Shown here piece after piece: positions 36,803 to 47,262 of a DNA stretch of 64,000 nucleotides. The stretch is from an uncultured virus (IMG/VR IMGVR_UViG_3300020337_000002) (taxonomy: Duplodnaviria > Heunggongvirae > Uroviricota > Caudoviricetes), in the IMG/VR virus record IMGVR_UViG_3300020337_000002. One strand, written 5' to 3'. The position numbers and the translations under genes are program-made. The notes below the pieces were generated by a model that was given only the letters and a program-made list of their open reading frames with translations, was not told the origin of the DNA and searched no databases. Position 1 is the first letter of the stretch; each line of letters begins with the position of its first letter.

Positions 36803-38255
36803 CTGTGTTCCTTATACTTTGTCTTAAATCCATTGCAACATAATCGTGACCATATAATATTAAATCATTAGGTACTAGTTCTCTAAATTTTTTAAACTTG
36901 TTTTCTAATACTTCTGGTTCTAAATTCCAATGAAGCATTTCGCTTGACCAAATGTTTGTAGTCCATAACACTTTGTTACCTTGTTGTGCATTAATTATAT
37001 GAAATAGTTCTTCTGGTTCATTTACAATATCAATCTTATAGTAAGCATGATCTAGTTCTACATATCTATCCCATAGCTCTTTAAATGCTTCTCTACCACC
37101 ATGTTCTTCAACTTCTTGTAACCAAAACGACTCGTAATTGCCTCTATATGTTGAACTGAAGTTATAGTTTAGGTCGTGTTCCAATAGCCATAGGTGTAAA
37201 TCGTAGCCATCCCATGTTTCTATTAGGTCTCTTTTATACAATAAACTAGCATCACACCAATCAAAGTAATGTACCTTAGTACCAGGGTGTTCCATTGTAC
37301 GATCATGAAATCTATTTGCGTTTAATATTGCAAGTGGTTTAAATCCTGCGGCCGCACTAAACAAATGTTCAATAGGTTGTGTTGTACGTATTCCTTCGCT
37401 TGAAAGTGTTTCTGTGTTAAAAGCATAAACACGATTCTTTTCTATCTTCTCTTGATAGTCTAGTTTGCGTAACCAAGCCTTTTGGCTTTGATTTAATTCA
37501 TCTACTTGCCAATAATCTTTGTGTATCCAGCTCTTTGATAATATATCTGACTTGTTATACGGATATAAAAATATTTTACAAGCTCTCATATCGCTAGTTA
37601 AGTTATCTATTCTTATGCCTTCTCTTAAGGCTATGTCAATCCAATTAGATCCGTCTGAAGTTATTTCCCATTGTTTTTGTGATTCAGCAAAGTCAATCCA
37701 AGCAGGTGTATAATCAGCATGAACAGTTTCTTCACTTAATTTAAAGTTTTGTAACTTGGGCTTTCTATCTTTATAAACACCAATCTCGTCAAACTCTGGC
37801 TTACCTAGTTCTACCCACTTGTCTACGTTTACAAATAGATACTGTCTATGTAATCCTGGATACGCACCTTTTGTAAGGTAATGTTGTTTTGTTTTGTCCA
37901 TGATATGACCTACAACAAAGAAATTAGGATTATCTTTTGCGTAACTTAAACTTTGATCTAAGAGGCTTGGTCCTCTAGTTAATAGTAATCCCTGTGCGGC
38001 AATCATGCAATACTTTTTATCTTCTTTGATTGCATTTTCTAAAATAGTTTTAACACTATTACTAGATCCTACATACTTACAATACCCCATCTTAATCATA
38101 CGATTAATATAAAAGTATGTCATGTCAAAACAACGTTTTTGTACAAACTTATCTGGAATATCTCGTGAAATATCAAGTATGCCAATGGCTACTTCGTTAC
38201 CTACATTAAGGGTATCATAGTATCTGTCTACTGAAACTGAATTCCAATCTTTCAT
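36765..38255 (-). CDS. Large hypothetical enzyme-like protein (496 aa)
   Basis: Long ORF within the operon; C-terminal half (SAAAG...YFD) weakly Rossmann/SAM-like. Confidence 0.6.
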   Translation of the reverse strand: MKDWNSVSVDRYYDTLNVGNEVAIGILDISRDIPDKFVQKRCFDMTYFYINRMIKMGYCKYVGSSNSVKTILENAIKEDKKYCMIAAQGLLLTRGPSLLDQSLSYAKDNPNFFVVGHIMDKTKQHYLTKGAYPGLHRQYLFVNVDKWVELGKPEFDEIGVYKDRKPKLQNFKLSEETVHADYTPAWIDFAESQKQWEITSDGSNWIDIALREGIRIDNLTSDMRACKIFLYPYNKSDILSKSWIHKDYWQVDELNQSQKAWLRKLDYQEKIEKNRVYAFNTETLSSEGIRTTQPIEHLFSAAAGFKPLAILNANRFHDRTMEHPGTKVHYFDWCDASLLYKRDLIETWDGYDLHLWLLEHDLNYNFSSTYRGNYESFWLQEVEEHGGREAFKELWDRYVELDHAYYKIDIVNEPEELFHIINAQQGNKVLWTTNIWSSEMLHWNLEPEVLENKFKKFRELVPNDLILYGHDYVAMDLRQSIRNTDGTTHPRFQTVH

Positions 38256-38256
38256 A

Positions 38257-38952
38257 TTAACCCCTATTGGTGAAATAACTTTGTCTTAACACATAAAAGA
38301 AATCTCTAATACGTCTTCCTAACTCATAATGTATAATCATATGTATGCGTGGCTTATCACTTCTATTCCATACACTATGAACGTTACTAATATCCATTAA
38401 GAACGCACTACCTTGATCTTCAAAAGGAACTTTACCATGATCTTTAAAAACAAAATCACAACCTTCTGGATTGTTTAAACTAATATTGCAAACACTTAAA
38501 CGTTTTTCTGAATCATCTCTGTCTTGATGTGGTAATATATATCCACCTGGTTCAAGCAACATGAAACGCACACGGTTTAGATACTCTGCTGGCCAAACAT
38601 CAGTTAAAAACTTTTTAGTTTCAGGACATTTATCAGCTACCCAGGTCCAATCTAACTGTTTGATAGAGTCTTGTCTATCTCCATAGCTGTCAAGGCTCTG
38701 TGTATCTTCATTTAATCCGTGTAGTGTTAAACTACGCCACCCTTTTCCGTATTCTTCTCTGTGTTCATGAAAAGAATCTATTAAGTTTTCCGCTTCATGG
38801 TACATACCCTTCCAAGGTTGGTTATCTAAAGCACTTAGACGAAAATAAGGCCATCCACTTTCCGTTACAATCCACTTTGGATCGAACTGTTCTGGATATT
38901 TTTGAGTCTTTATTATACCATTTGTATCATGAAATTGGTGTAGTTCTTGCAT
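38257..38952 (-). CDS. Asp/Asn beta-hydroxylase-like oxygenase
   Basis: WRSLTLHG, CP.T, RVRFMLLEPGGYILPHQD, HSVWN...RIH. Confidence 0.82.
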   Translation of the reverse strand: MQELHQFHDTNGIIKTQKYPEQFDPKWIVTESGWPYFRLSALDNQPWKGMYHEAENLIDSFHEHREEYGKGWRSLTLHGLNEDTQSLDSYGDRQDSIKQLDWTWVADKCPETKKFLTDVWPAEYLNRVRFMLLEPGGYILPHQDRDDSEKRLSVCNISLNNPEGCDFVFKDHGKVPFEDQGSAFLMDISNVHSVWNRSDKPRIHMIIHYELGRRIRDFFYVLRQSYFTNRG

Positions 38953-38957
38953 ACACA

Positions 38958-39005
38958 TATTTATTGCCACAACCCCATTAAATACTCTGTTTATGACGTT
39001 AAATA
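38958..39005. promoter_or_regulatory. Divergent late-type promoters
   Basis: Minus-strand ATAAATA (38958-38964) 5 nt before ATG 38952; plus-strand TAAATA (39000-39005) 4 nt before ATG 39010. Confidence 0.6.
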
Positions 39006-39009
39006 CAGT

Positions 39010-40005
39010 ATGCCATTCTTGAAATTAAAAGACATAGATACGGTGACAGTAGACTTTACGAGCCATTGTAATGCGATGTGCGGAAACTGTGCAAGAAACA
39101 TAGGTGGAGTACAAGTTAATCCTAGTATGCCTCTTGAACACATGAAACCTGCTACTTGGAAGAACCTTTTTACTGAAAAAGTATTGGAAAACATTAACAA
39201 AATTATATTCAATGGGTCTTATGGAGACCCGTTACGTAATCCTTATATCTTTGAGTGTTTAAATTATTTAAAACAATATAACAAACCAGAGATACATATA
39301 CATACCAATGGTGGAATGAATGGACCTAAGTTTTTTGCGGAACTGGCAGAGTGTTTAAAAGACTTTCCTTTTCCAACTCATGTAGTTTTTAGCATAGATG
39401 GATTGGAAGATACTAATCATTTGTATAGAAGAAATGTACAATGGCATAAGGTTATGGAAAATGCAAAGAGTTTTATAGACGCAGGTGGACTTGCACGTTG
39501 GCGTATGATAGTATTTGAACATAATGCACATCAACTCAAAGACGCAGAACAATTAAGCAAGGCCATGGGCTTCGGTAAGTTTGATATTAATGGTGGCTAT
39601 ACCTTTAGTGCAATAGATAGTGTGGTAGGTGAAGCTATAGAAAAATTTAAGGCAAGTAAAAAAGACGATGCACGAACAATTAAATATAACAAAGAACATT
39701 TAGATAATGTAGATCGTGTAAAAGGATTATTAAAAGAAGGATTTGACAAAGGACATATTACTTGTAAGTGGCAAAAGAAAAAGAAGATACAAATTAGTCA
39801 TGTAGGAGAAGTATTTCCTTGTTGTTATTTAGAAGCTGAAAGATATCCCAAAGATGCTAATAGCATATACGCAAAAGATGTAACAGATATGAACTGGCTT
39901 AACATTAATAACAATTCTTTAGAACATATATTAGATAGTGATGTTCTAACAACTCCTAGTGAAAACAGATTTAAAATATGTGAGGTAACCTGCGGTGAAA
40001 TGTAA
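39010..40005 (+). CDS. Radical SAM protein with C-terminal SPASM/twitch domain
   Basis: CNAMCGNC, GSYGDP, HTNG, FSIDG, C...GEVFPCC...C...C. Confidence 0.88.
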   Translation: MPFLKLKDIDTVTVDFTSHCNAMCGNCARNIGGVQVNPSMPLEHMKPATWKNLFTEKVLENINKIIFNGSYGDPLRNPYIFECLNYLKQYNKPEIHIHTNGGMNGPKFFAELAECLKDFPFPTHVVFSIDGLEDTNHLYRRNVQWHKVMENAKSFIDAGGLARWRMIVFEHNAHQLKDAEQLSKAMGFGKFDINGGYTFSAIDSVVGEAIEKFKASKKDDARTIKYNKEHLDNVDRVKGLLKEGFDKGHITCKWQKKKKIQISHVGEVFPCCYLEAERYPKDANSIYAKDVTDMNWLNINNNSLEHILDSDVLTTPSENRFKICEVTCGEM

Positions 40006-41065
40006 GTATTTAGAACATCAAATTTGTACAAGATCAGACGGTCAATATCGTTTATGTTGTACTAGCTTTGAAAAAGATAACAAAGAAACCATATACACTC
40101 ATACACCACAACAATGGCACGATAGTGATTTCCATAAAGGTGTACGTGAACAATTAGATCGTGACGAATGGCCTGATGCTTGTATTAAATGTCAAGAAGC
40201 AGAAGAAAAAGGTTTAGAGAGTATGCGTACTAAAGTTAAAGAAGATGGTACTAGATACGTTAGAAATCACTTTGGCCCAGGACTTTCGCATTGGGATCTT
40301 CGATTTGGTAATAGTTGTAACTTAAAATGTATTAGTTGTTTCCATTTATCTAGTAGTAGTTTAGCCGAAGAGGCTATTGCTATGCAGAAAGCAGGAGTAC
40401 AACCACTTCATATGCCTTTACTAGATGAGCCTAACTTTAATTGGGTTACTGAGGAAACATTAAAACACTTTGAAAACTTACCTGATATGAAAGAAGTTTA
40501 CTTAACAGGTGGAGAACCAATGATGGTTAAACACTTACCTGGCTTTTTAGATAGACTAGACCCTACTGTATGTGTAAGATTTAATACTAATGGAACATTA
40601 TGGAACCCTAAAGTATCAAAGATATTAAAAAAGTTCCGTACAGTAATTATGAGTATGAGTATTGATGCGGTAGATCATAAAATAGATTATATTAGACACG
40701 GAAGTGATTGGGATATTATATCAGAAAATACACAAAGGTATGCAGAATTTTGTACTGTAGATGTTACTCCAACTACCAGTGTATTAAATGCAATATACGA
40801 TGACGAAATAAGAGAGTATTGTGCAAAGAATCGTTTTAAAATTTATGATAACTTACTAATAACTCCTTATTGGTTACACGTAAAAAATGCACCAGACGAA
40901 TTAAAGAAAAAGTTTACAGGAAACATTGCCAAGTGGGCTGACGTTGATGCTGACCCTGAATGGCAAGATAAGTTTAGAGAATATATAACAAAATTAGATA
41001 ACTGGAGAGGTATGCATATTAAAGATTACCTACCAGAGGTAGCAAAAGCCTATGGACTTGATTAA
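39995..41065 (+). CDS. Radical SAM protein with N-terminal twitch-like Cys domain
   Basis: C...DGQYRLCC...CIKC...E; CNLKCISC, GGEP, NTNG, SID. Confidence 0.88.
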   Translation: MKCKYLEHQICTRSDGQYRLCCTSFEKDNKETIYTHTPQQWHDSDFHKGVREQLDRDEWPDACIKCQEAEEKGLESMRTKVKEDGTRYVRNHFGPGLSHWDLRFGNSCNLKCISCFHLSSSSLAEEAIAMQKAGVQPLHMPLLDEPNFNWVTEETLKHFENLPDMKEVYLTGGEPMMVKHLPGFLDRLDPTVCVRFNTNGTLWNPKVSKILKKFRTVIMSMSIDAVDHKIDYIRHGSDWDIISENTQRYAEFCTVDVTPTTSVLNAIYDDEIREYCAKNRFKIYDNLLITPYWLHVKNAPDELKKKFTGNIAKWADVDADPEWQDKFREYITKLDNWRGMHIKDYLPEVAKAYGLD

Positions 41066-41507
41066 GAAAAATTTAGAAAAGAATAGAGAAGTTTATAAAC
41101 TTGAAGATAGATATCGTAAAGTTTGGTATGATATAGATATGGATCGTTTAGAAGAACACGTAACTATACTTGAAGATGTTATTCCTGGATATGTTTTAGA
41201 TTATGGCAAGACAGAAAACAGTATGTACATAGACTATCATATTGTGCCAGGCACTCCTGCAAATACATTCGCACACACTCCTCAGTTTATAAAAAGAATA
41301 CACGATTTCTGTCATGAGACACTTGAACAAACATTGCCTTATGCACACTACGATTGGGTATTAAGTAATATAATGATTGACGGAGATAACACTTATCTAG
41401 TTGATTGGGATAACGTAGGCATTTATTCCCCTGAAGAGATTAACACCAAGATAGAAAAAGATTTAAAATCTGCATTTGGAGGTTCTTATGACCCCACAAG
41501 CATTTAG
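41052..41507 (+). CDS. Small APH/protein-kinase-like phosphotransferase
   Basis: HYDWVLSNIM (HxDxxxxN) and LVDWD. Confidence 0.7.
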   Translation: MDLIKKNLEKNREVYKLEDRYRKVWYDIDMDRLEEHVTILEDVIPGYVLDYGKTENSMYIDYHIVPGTPANTFAHTPQFIKRIHDFCHETLEQTLPYAHYDWVLSNIMIDGDNTYLVDWDNVGIYSPEEINTKIEKDLKSAFGGSYDPTSI

Positions 41508-42720
41508 TTATCCTATAGTAGCAAACAATGGAATGATTTATATTCCACCATTTGGTCTGACAGAGTCTATTGACTATATGTTAAAGTTTAATCCTAAAGA
41601 CGAAACATTTACAAGAATTAAATTAGACGTTAGTGATTGCACAGAAAAATGGATATGGGGAACTGCTTGGAGAAACAAAATTATTGTGCTACCTTATAAC
41701 GAAGATAATATTCTTATTATAGATACAGACGATGATAGTGTAGAGTATAGTGAAGTAGAAAAAGGAAAAGGAAAATATATACAAGGTCACATACACGGAG
41801 ATAATTTATTCGCTTTACCTTACGGTGAACACGAACCATATGACTACGTATTAAATTTAGCTTTACCTTATATGTATCCAGACCAAGAAAAATTAAAGTT
41901 ACCTACTAACGATTGTAAGAAATGGCATACTACACAAATAATAGATGGAATTATATATGGGTTACCTAGAGGTGAAAGTTTAGATAATAGCTTTAATTAT
42001 AGAATAGAATTTGATTGTAGTAATGAAGAATATGAATTAACAGATATGCTACCTGAATGGGAAGACTATGAACACGATGGCTTTAATAATAAAAAGTATA
42101 CTACAATGGCTAAGGTTGGCAATAGGTTATATGCTCCGCCTTATAGTGAAAACCCTAACTTTGATGTATTAACTAAATTTGTTGATGGTAAATGGATTAC
42201 TGAACGTACAGGTATTAAAGAAACAAGCAGAACATACTTTGCTCATAGTGTTGCAAGTAATGGTAAAATATTTTGCCCTCCAGCAGGACACGAAGAAACA
42301 TGGAGTGAAATGTTAGTTATAGACCCTTCAGCAGATAACGGTCATGATACGTATTGGCACACAGTTAATTTAGGTATAGGAAAAGAAAGTAAAAAATTCT
42401 TTGCAGGTGTTGAAAACAGTAAAGGATATCTTTACTTTATGCCAAGAGGTGGTTGCGTATGCGAACCTGAAAGTACTTGGAAAAGCCAAGGTGACTTAAC
42501 AGAAATACTTAAACTAGATATTAGAACAGAAGAGTTTACTACAATAGATGTAAGCAAATTATTTAAAGATGATACAAGTATTGAAAAATATAATAAGTGC
42601 GTAATTTTAGATGACGTAATATATGCTTTCCCTTACGGACAATCTAAAGACTTTCATAAACTTTTAATATTTGATACTCTTACAGAGAAAGCAAGAACAA
42701 TGGATTTAAGAGATGTATAA
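41488..42720 (+). CDS. Kelch-like beta-propeller protein
   Basis: About 8 repeats of (D/N)G.(I/L)Y..P.G. Confidence 0.7.
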   Translation: MTPQAFSYPIVANNGMIYIPPFGLTESIDYMLKFNPKDETFTRIKLDVSDCTEKWIWGTAWRNKIIVLPYNEDNILIIDTDDDSVEYSEVEKGKGKYIQGHIHGDNLFALPYGEHEPYDYVLNLALPYMYPDQEKLKLPTNDCKKWHTTQIIDGIIYGLPRGESLDNSFNYRIEFDCSNEEYELTDMLPEWEDYEHDGFNNKKYTTMAKVGNRLYAPPYSENPNFDVLTKFVDGKWITERTGIKETSRTYFAHSVASNGKIFCPPAGHEETWSEMLVIDPSADNGHDTYWHTVNLGIGKESKKFFAGVENSKGYLYFMPRGGCVCEPESTWKSQGDLTEILKLDIRTEEFTTIDVSKLFKDDTSIEKYNKCVILDDVIYAFPYGQSKDFHKLLIFDTLTEKARTMDLRDV

Positions 42721-43852
42721 AGCATTTGAAGATCATTATAGAGAACTAGACATTAAGCATTTGTTATTAGCAGAGCATGATGGTGAATTAATATCTCCAC
42801 CCTTTGCAACTGAGCTTTGTAAAGATTATAGTAAGGTGGCAGTTTTTGGGGATTCCGTTTCCTATATAGATTTAGATTTACCTCCTGTTACAAGTAAAAT
42901 TAATGCTACTGCAAGAGTTAATGATAGCACTTGGTTAATTCCATATGGCTATTGGGACGAGTTTAGAACAGTAGTAGAGTTAAAAGGTACTACACCTATA
43001 TACCATACACTAGACAAAGGCGGTATGGGACAATTTTATGGTTGTGCTTCTAACGGAACTACTGCTTGTAGTTTTCCTTTAGGAACTTCTAACACATCTT
43101 TTTTACTATACATTGATGAAAAAGGATTGCATACACAAGACTTTGATGCTGAAATGAGAAAGAGTCATATGGGTACTGCATACTGTAATGGAAGATATTG
43201 GAGTATGCCTAGAGGTGACTTTAGAAACTATAATGTATTAGTAAGTTATGACGGCAAGGATATAGAGAAGTATCCAATACCTGTTGACCATACTTTAAGT
43301 AGAAAGTTTACAGATTTAATTCCAGTAGGAGATACGTTATACAGTTTACCATATGGTGAAACAGCAGGACTTACTCAGGTTGTAGAATTTAATACAGAAT
43401 ACAATAGTGTATCTACACACGAACTAAACGTTCCAGACTTTGCTAAAAAATATAATGCTCAAGTGTTAGTTGACGAAACTATTATTGGTGTACCATATGG
43501 TGACGGAGATGACTTTGAAAGTAAGTACGGTGTTGTGTTTGATACAGTAACAAAACAGAGTAGACCTTTTGATATTGAAATAGGCTACGGTGGCAAGTAC
43601 AGATTTAAATGCGGTATTGCATATAAAGGCAGAGCAATATTTTTGCCTAGTGGAACTCCAGGCTTACCTATTATAAGTGTAGCAACAGATGGTACGTTTC
43701 ATGCAACAAAAACGGACAACTCAAAGTTGTTTGGAAGACCTATTATATATAAAGAAAAACTTTATACCTTGGTTTTCAACACAATTGATAATACCCATAG
43801 TTTGGTTACAATAGATGAATGGTTAAGGATACATGAGGTTACCAAAATATGA
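42713..43852 (+). CDS. Kelch-like beta-propeller protein (paralogue of the upstream gene)
   Basis: Repeated ..(L/I)P(Y/R/L)G blades. Confidence 0.68.
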   Translation: MYKAFEDHYRELDIKHLLLAEHDGELISPPFATELCKDYSKVAVFGDSVSYIDLDLPPVTSKINATARVNDSTWLIPYGYWDEFRTVVELKGTTPIYHTLDKGGMGQFYGCASNGTTACSFPLGTSNTSFLLYIDEKGLHTQDFDAEMRKSHMGTAYCNGRYWSMPRGDFRNYNVLVSYDGKDIEKYPIPVDHTLSRKFTDLIPVGDTLYSLPYGETAGLTQVVEFNTEYNSVSTHELNVPDFAKKYNAQVLVDETIIGVPYGDGDDFESKYGVVFDTVTKQSRPFDIEIGYGGKYRFKCGIAYKGRAIFLPSGTPGLPIISVATDGTFHATKTDNSKLFGRPIIYKEKLYTLVFNTIDNTHSLVTIDEWLRIHEVTKI

Positions 43853-44967
43853 AATGTCTAGCACCATGGCATAGTATTTTGGTACGTTTTAACGGTGATA
43901 TAGTACCGGACGGAGTATACAAGGCTCGCTATGGAAACGTGCTTAAATCGTCTTTAAATGACGTCTTAAACAGCTATACAGCAACGCACACTAAAGATTC
44001 TTTGCGTATGGGTCAACTACCACCCGAGTGCGAACAATGTGCTTTAAAAGAAGAATCTGTGGGTCATAGTAGGCGTTTATTCTTCCGTGATATACTTAAT
44101 CCAATGGTTGAAAACAAGGAGTACGATTACTCCAAAAACTTCACAGACATACTATTTTTGGAGTTTAATATGAGTAATATCTGTAACCTAAAATGCCGTA
44201 TGTGTAATGGTATTAGTTCAAGTGCTTGGGTCAAAGAAGAAAAGAAATTAGCTGAAATATCAGCAGACTACCAACGCCCAGTAGATCATCCTGAATTTGG
44301 TTATACTAATAAAAGTGAAGAAATTATTCAAAGATTATTTGAGGATCCTACACCATTTATGAACTTACGTTATCTAAGTATTAAAGGTGGAGAACCTTAC
44401 ATGGAACCTGCAAACAAAAAGATATTGCAGAAGTTTATTGACTTAGGAGTTGCAAAAAATGTTACACTTGACTGGACAACGAATGGTACGATCGTTGATG
44501 AAGAAGTACAGGAACTTGCTAGACACTTTGGCGAAACTAAATGGACAGTAAGTTTAGAAGGTACTGGTAGCTTATACGAATACATTAGAGGTGGTAAGAA
44601 CTTTACATTTGAACAGCTCAATGAAAATCTAAAACAATATGACTTTGATAGGATCATTATTGCTGTAACTGTGATGGCATATAATATCTCACACTTAGAT
44701 AAAATACATTGGTGGTTTGAAGAAAATAAAAAAGACAACTGGGAAATATATTTTAATAATGTAGTAGCCACTCCTGCATATTTGAATCCAAGAGTTTTAC
44801 CTAATAAGATACTTGATAAGATTGATTTTAGATTTCCTAATATAAACTATACAAATAACGATAGTAAACTATTAGATACGTTTGTAAACTATACTAAAGA
44901 TTTAGATAAAATTAGAGATACAAATGTTTTAGATCATTGTCCGGAACTTACTGATCTTTTTGTATAG
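43849..44967 (+). CDS. Radical SAM protein with N-terminal twitch-like domain
   Basis: CLAPW...CEQC..KE...SRR; CNLKCRMC, GGEP, TTNG. Confidence 0.88.
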   Translation: MKCLAPWHSILVRFNGDIVPDGVYKARYGNVLKSSLNDVLNSYTATHTKDSLRMGQLPPECEQCALKEESVGHSRRLFFRDILNPMVENKEYDYSKNFTDILFLEFNMSNICNLKCRMCNGISSSAWVKEEKKLAEISADYQRPVDHPEFGYTNKSEEIIQRLFEDPTPFMNLRYLSIKGGEPYMEPANKKILQKFIDLGVAKNVTLDWTTNGTIVDEEVQELARHFGETKWTVSLEGTGSLYEYIRGGKNFTFEQLNENLKQYDFDRIIIAVTVMAYNISHLDKIHWWFEENKKDNWEIYFNNVVATPAYLNPRVLPNKILDKIDFRFPNINYTNNDSKLLDTFVNYTKDLDKIRDTNVLDHCPELTDLFV

Positions 44968-45502
44968 GATCCATTGCCATATAATGAATATTAATATCTG
45001 TAGGACTATCAATTACCCACTTAACAAACTGTCCAGCTTGTTGTAAACTAATCTTATTCCTATTGTCTTTTCTTTCTTTTTGACTCTGTGAACTTAATTG
45101 TCCAAATGCTATATTACTAACTTTTATTTCGCTGTTACCCCAACAACTATCATTACTCATTTTCTTACTCAACCCGTCTAATAATGTTTTATTGTCAATG
45201 TAATTTTGAGGACTATAACCTGATTCCCAATAAGAACTAGTACTGCTTATGTTTATTATGTGTCCTCTTTCAAACTTTTTATAAACTTCTTCTAGTATTC
45301 TATTCTGTTGTCCATCTGGACCATACAAGCTGTTTACAAATACATCAAAGTCTTTCGCATGGTTGGCAACTTTTTCTGCGTCATTCATATCCCAGCCATT
45401 ATGACGTCCTATGAATTCTACCCTATTGTTATTGTATGCTTCGTAAATACCTTTGCATAAACCTTCATAGTTAGGATTTCCTGTTACTAATATTCTACTC
45501 AT
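44948..45502 (-). CDS. Divergent SDR-like protein
   Basis: ILVTG, DVFVNS, IINISS, YIDNK. Confidence 0.65.
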   Translation of the reverse strand: MSRILVTGNPNYEGLCKGIYEAYNNNRVEFIGRHNGWDMNDAEKVANHAKDFDVFVNSLYGPDGQQNRILEEVYKKFERGHIINISSTSSYWESGYSPQNYIDNKTLLDGLSKKMSNDSCWGNSEIKVSNIAFGQLSSQSQKERKDNRNKISLQQAGQFVKWVIDSPTDINIHYMAMDPIQKDQ

Positions 45503-45692
45503 GATGTTTGTTATTTCCTTTATGCCAACCTATGTCTTGAATATTTGTGCTATTGCATTTAGGACATACCCACCATTCATCTGTGTTATCATCTGTTGCT
45601 AGATCCTGTGCTACACCTCTCCAACCACAGACACCGCAGAGCCAGTTCCAGATTTGATTCATTCCTTCAGCAAGTGCTACGTTATCTTCCAT
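45495..45692 (-). CDS. Small Zn-ribbon protein
   Basis: CGVCGW...CPKC. Confidence 0.6.
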   Translation of the reverse strand: MEDNVALAEGMNQIWNWLCGVCGWRGVAQDLATDDNTDEWWVCPKCNSTNIQDIGWHKGNNKHHE

Positions 45693-46615
45693 TCGTCCTG
45701 TTCCTTCCTTATGTATATGTCGCTTAAACAACTGCATATACTCTTACCACAAACTATAGGTTCTGTAGGCAATTTATATCTTTCCAAGTTACCTATTGCT
45801 CCTCCGAATTGGCAGTCTGCTCTATACATATTACCCCACATATCTATATTGACACCATCTATGCCAGCCCAACATTTCCAACCTACAAACTTATTCTTGC
45901 CTTCTAGTATAAGTTCATTAGCGTCAACGTCTTTAGCATCTTCAAACCAATCATTAAGTTTTAATTGCATCTTTCCTCTGTGTACATCTTTATCATCAAT
46001 CTTTCTAGTAAAAGGCCAATTTTTTATTAGATCCTTTTGTTTGTCTGTGTAAGTAACTACTTCATTTGTAATGTTATCGCTATACGTTTTATCAACAATT
46101 ACCTTTGGCCATATTGTTGCGTTAGCTGTACTACTAAAGATTTTTTCTGATATACTAAATGCTTCATCGAAATCATCTGGTAACAACATCATATTAATTA
46201 CTGTTGTAATTTTAGATTCATTAATAACCTTTATAAAATGCTCTGGGTCTGCGTATGCTTTATGATAACTTAACATCATAGCATCTGTGAAAGGAGCAAT
46301 ACGTTTAAAGTATTCCGGACTTTGACTACCGTTACTTACAAATGAAAACTTATGTCCTTGTTCTTTAACACATTCGGCCATGTCAATAAAATGTTTCCAG
46401 TATGTAGGTTCGCCGCCACTTATTCTAAAACAAATATCCTTTTTTACTTTTAAATTTTTTATAAAACGTTCTACAGTTTCCCAACGTGGCTGTCCTGTAC
46501 TACCATTATGTAGTATGTCTGGACAATACTCACAACGATAGTTACATTTATTAGATAGTGTCCAACTAACTAAAAACCAATCGTTCTTTGTAATGTCCTT
46601 GTAGCCTAGTTTCAT
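45677..46615 (-). CDS. Radical SAM protein with C-terminal Cys cluster
   Basis: CNYRCEYC, SGGEPT, SNG, GWKCWAG...C...C....CSC. Confidence 0.88.
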   Translation of the reverse strand: MKLGYKDITKNDWFLVSWTLSNKCNYRCEYCPDILHNGSTGQPRWETVERFIKNLKVKKDICFRISGGEPTYWKHFIDMAECVKEQGHKFSFVSNGSQSPEYFKRIAPFTDAMMLSYHKAYADPEHFIKVINESKITTVINMMLLPDDFDEAFSISEKIFSSTANATIWPKVIVDKTYSDNITNEVVTYTDKQKDLIKNWPFTRKIDDKDVHRGKMQLKLNDWFEDAKDVDANELILEGKNKFVGWKCWAGIDGVNIDMWGNMYRADCQFGGAIGNLERYKLPTEPIVCGKSICSCLSDIYIRKEQDEWKIT

Positions 46616-47262
46616 TACTCACTCATACTATGTTTTATAATAAGATCGTGTGTACGTTCATTTAACTTAACTGTTAAAATTAAAGCATATAGCCCGTCAC
46701 TAAAACTAAACACACTATGATCTTTTTGAAAGTTAATAAAATATAAAAATCCTGGATCTGGATACATAGGCTTACCGTCAAGCATATGAACAAAGTTCTC
46801 AGGTTTACAATTTCCCATTACCATAAGCAATCTAAAGTATTCTGGATCTGCTCCTGGCCAATCTCTATGTGGAGGAAAGAATCCTCCTTGGTCAACACGT
46901 AATAAATGAACACGCCCAATGTCTGGTGAAAATACATCAACAAGTTTTGCTAGTTCAGGCATCTTATGATATACTTCAGTAGGAGTTGTGAAGTTTTCTT
47001 CTTTCATTTCAACATCATGATAACGTTGCATATGACCAAAACTATTCAGATGATAATTATCCATCACATCACCACTATGGCTTGTTATAGGTAATCCCCA
47101 TCTATTGTTAACTTTATCTTTCTTAACATTGTACGGGCACCAGTTATCCTTAAACTGTTCTAAATCTCGTACACATTCCCATGGATCAACTTTTAATTTA
47201 AGTTTAACTGTATCACCTAAATTAGTAAGTCCGTTCCATAGCATCGCTCTATTAATGTCCAT
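46615..47262 (-). CDS. Asp/Asn beta-hydroxylase-like oxygenase
   Basis: RVHLL...GGFFPPHRD...HSVF. Confidence 0.7.
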   Translation of the reverse strand: MDINRAMLWNGLTNLGDTVKLKLKVDPWECVRDLEQFKDNWCPYNVKKDKVNNRWGLPITSHSGDVMDNYHLNSFGHMQRYHDVEMKEENFTTPTEVYHKMPELAKLVDVFSPDIGRVHLLRVDQGGFFPPHRDWPGADPEYFRLLMVMGNCKPENFVHMLDGKPMYPDPGFLYFINFQKDHSVFSFSDGLYALILTVKLNERTHDLIIKHSMSE

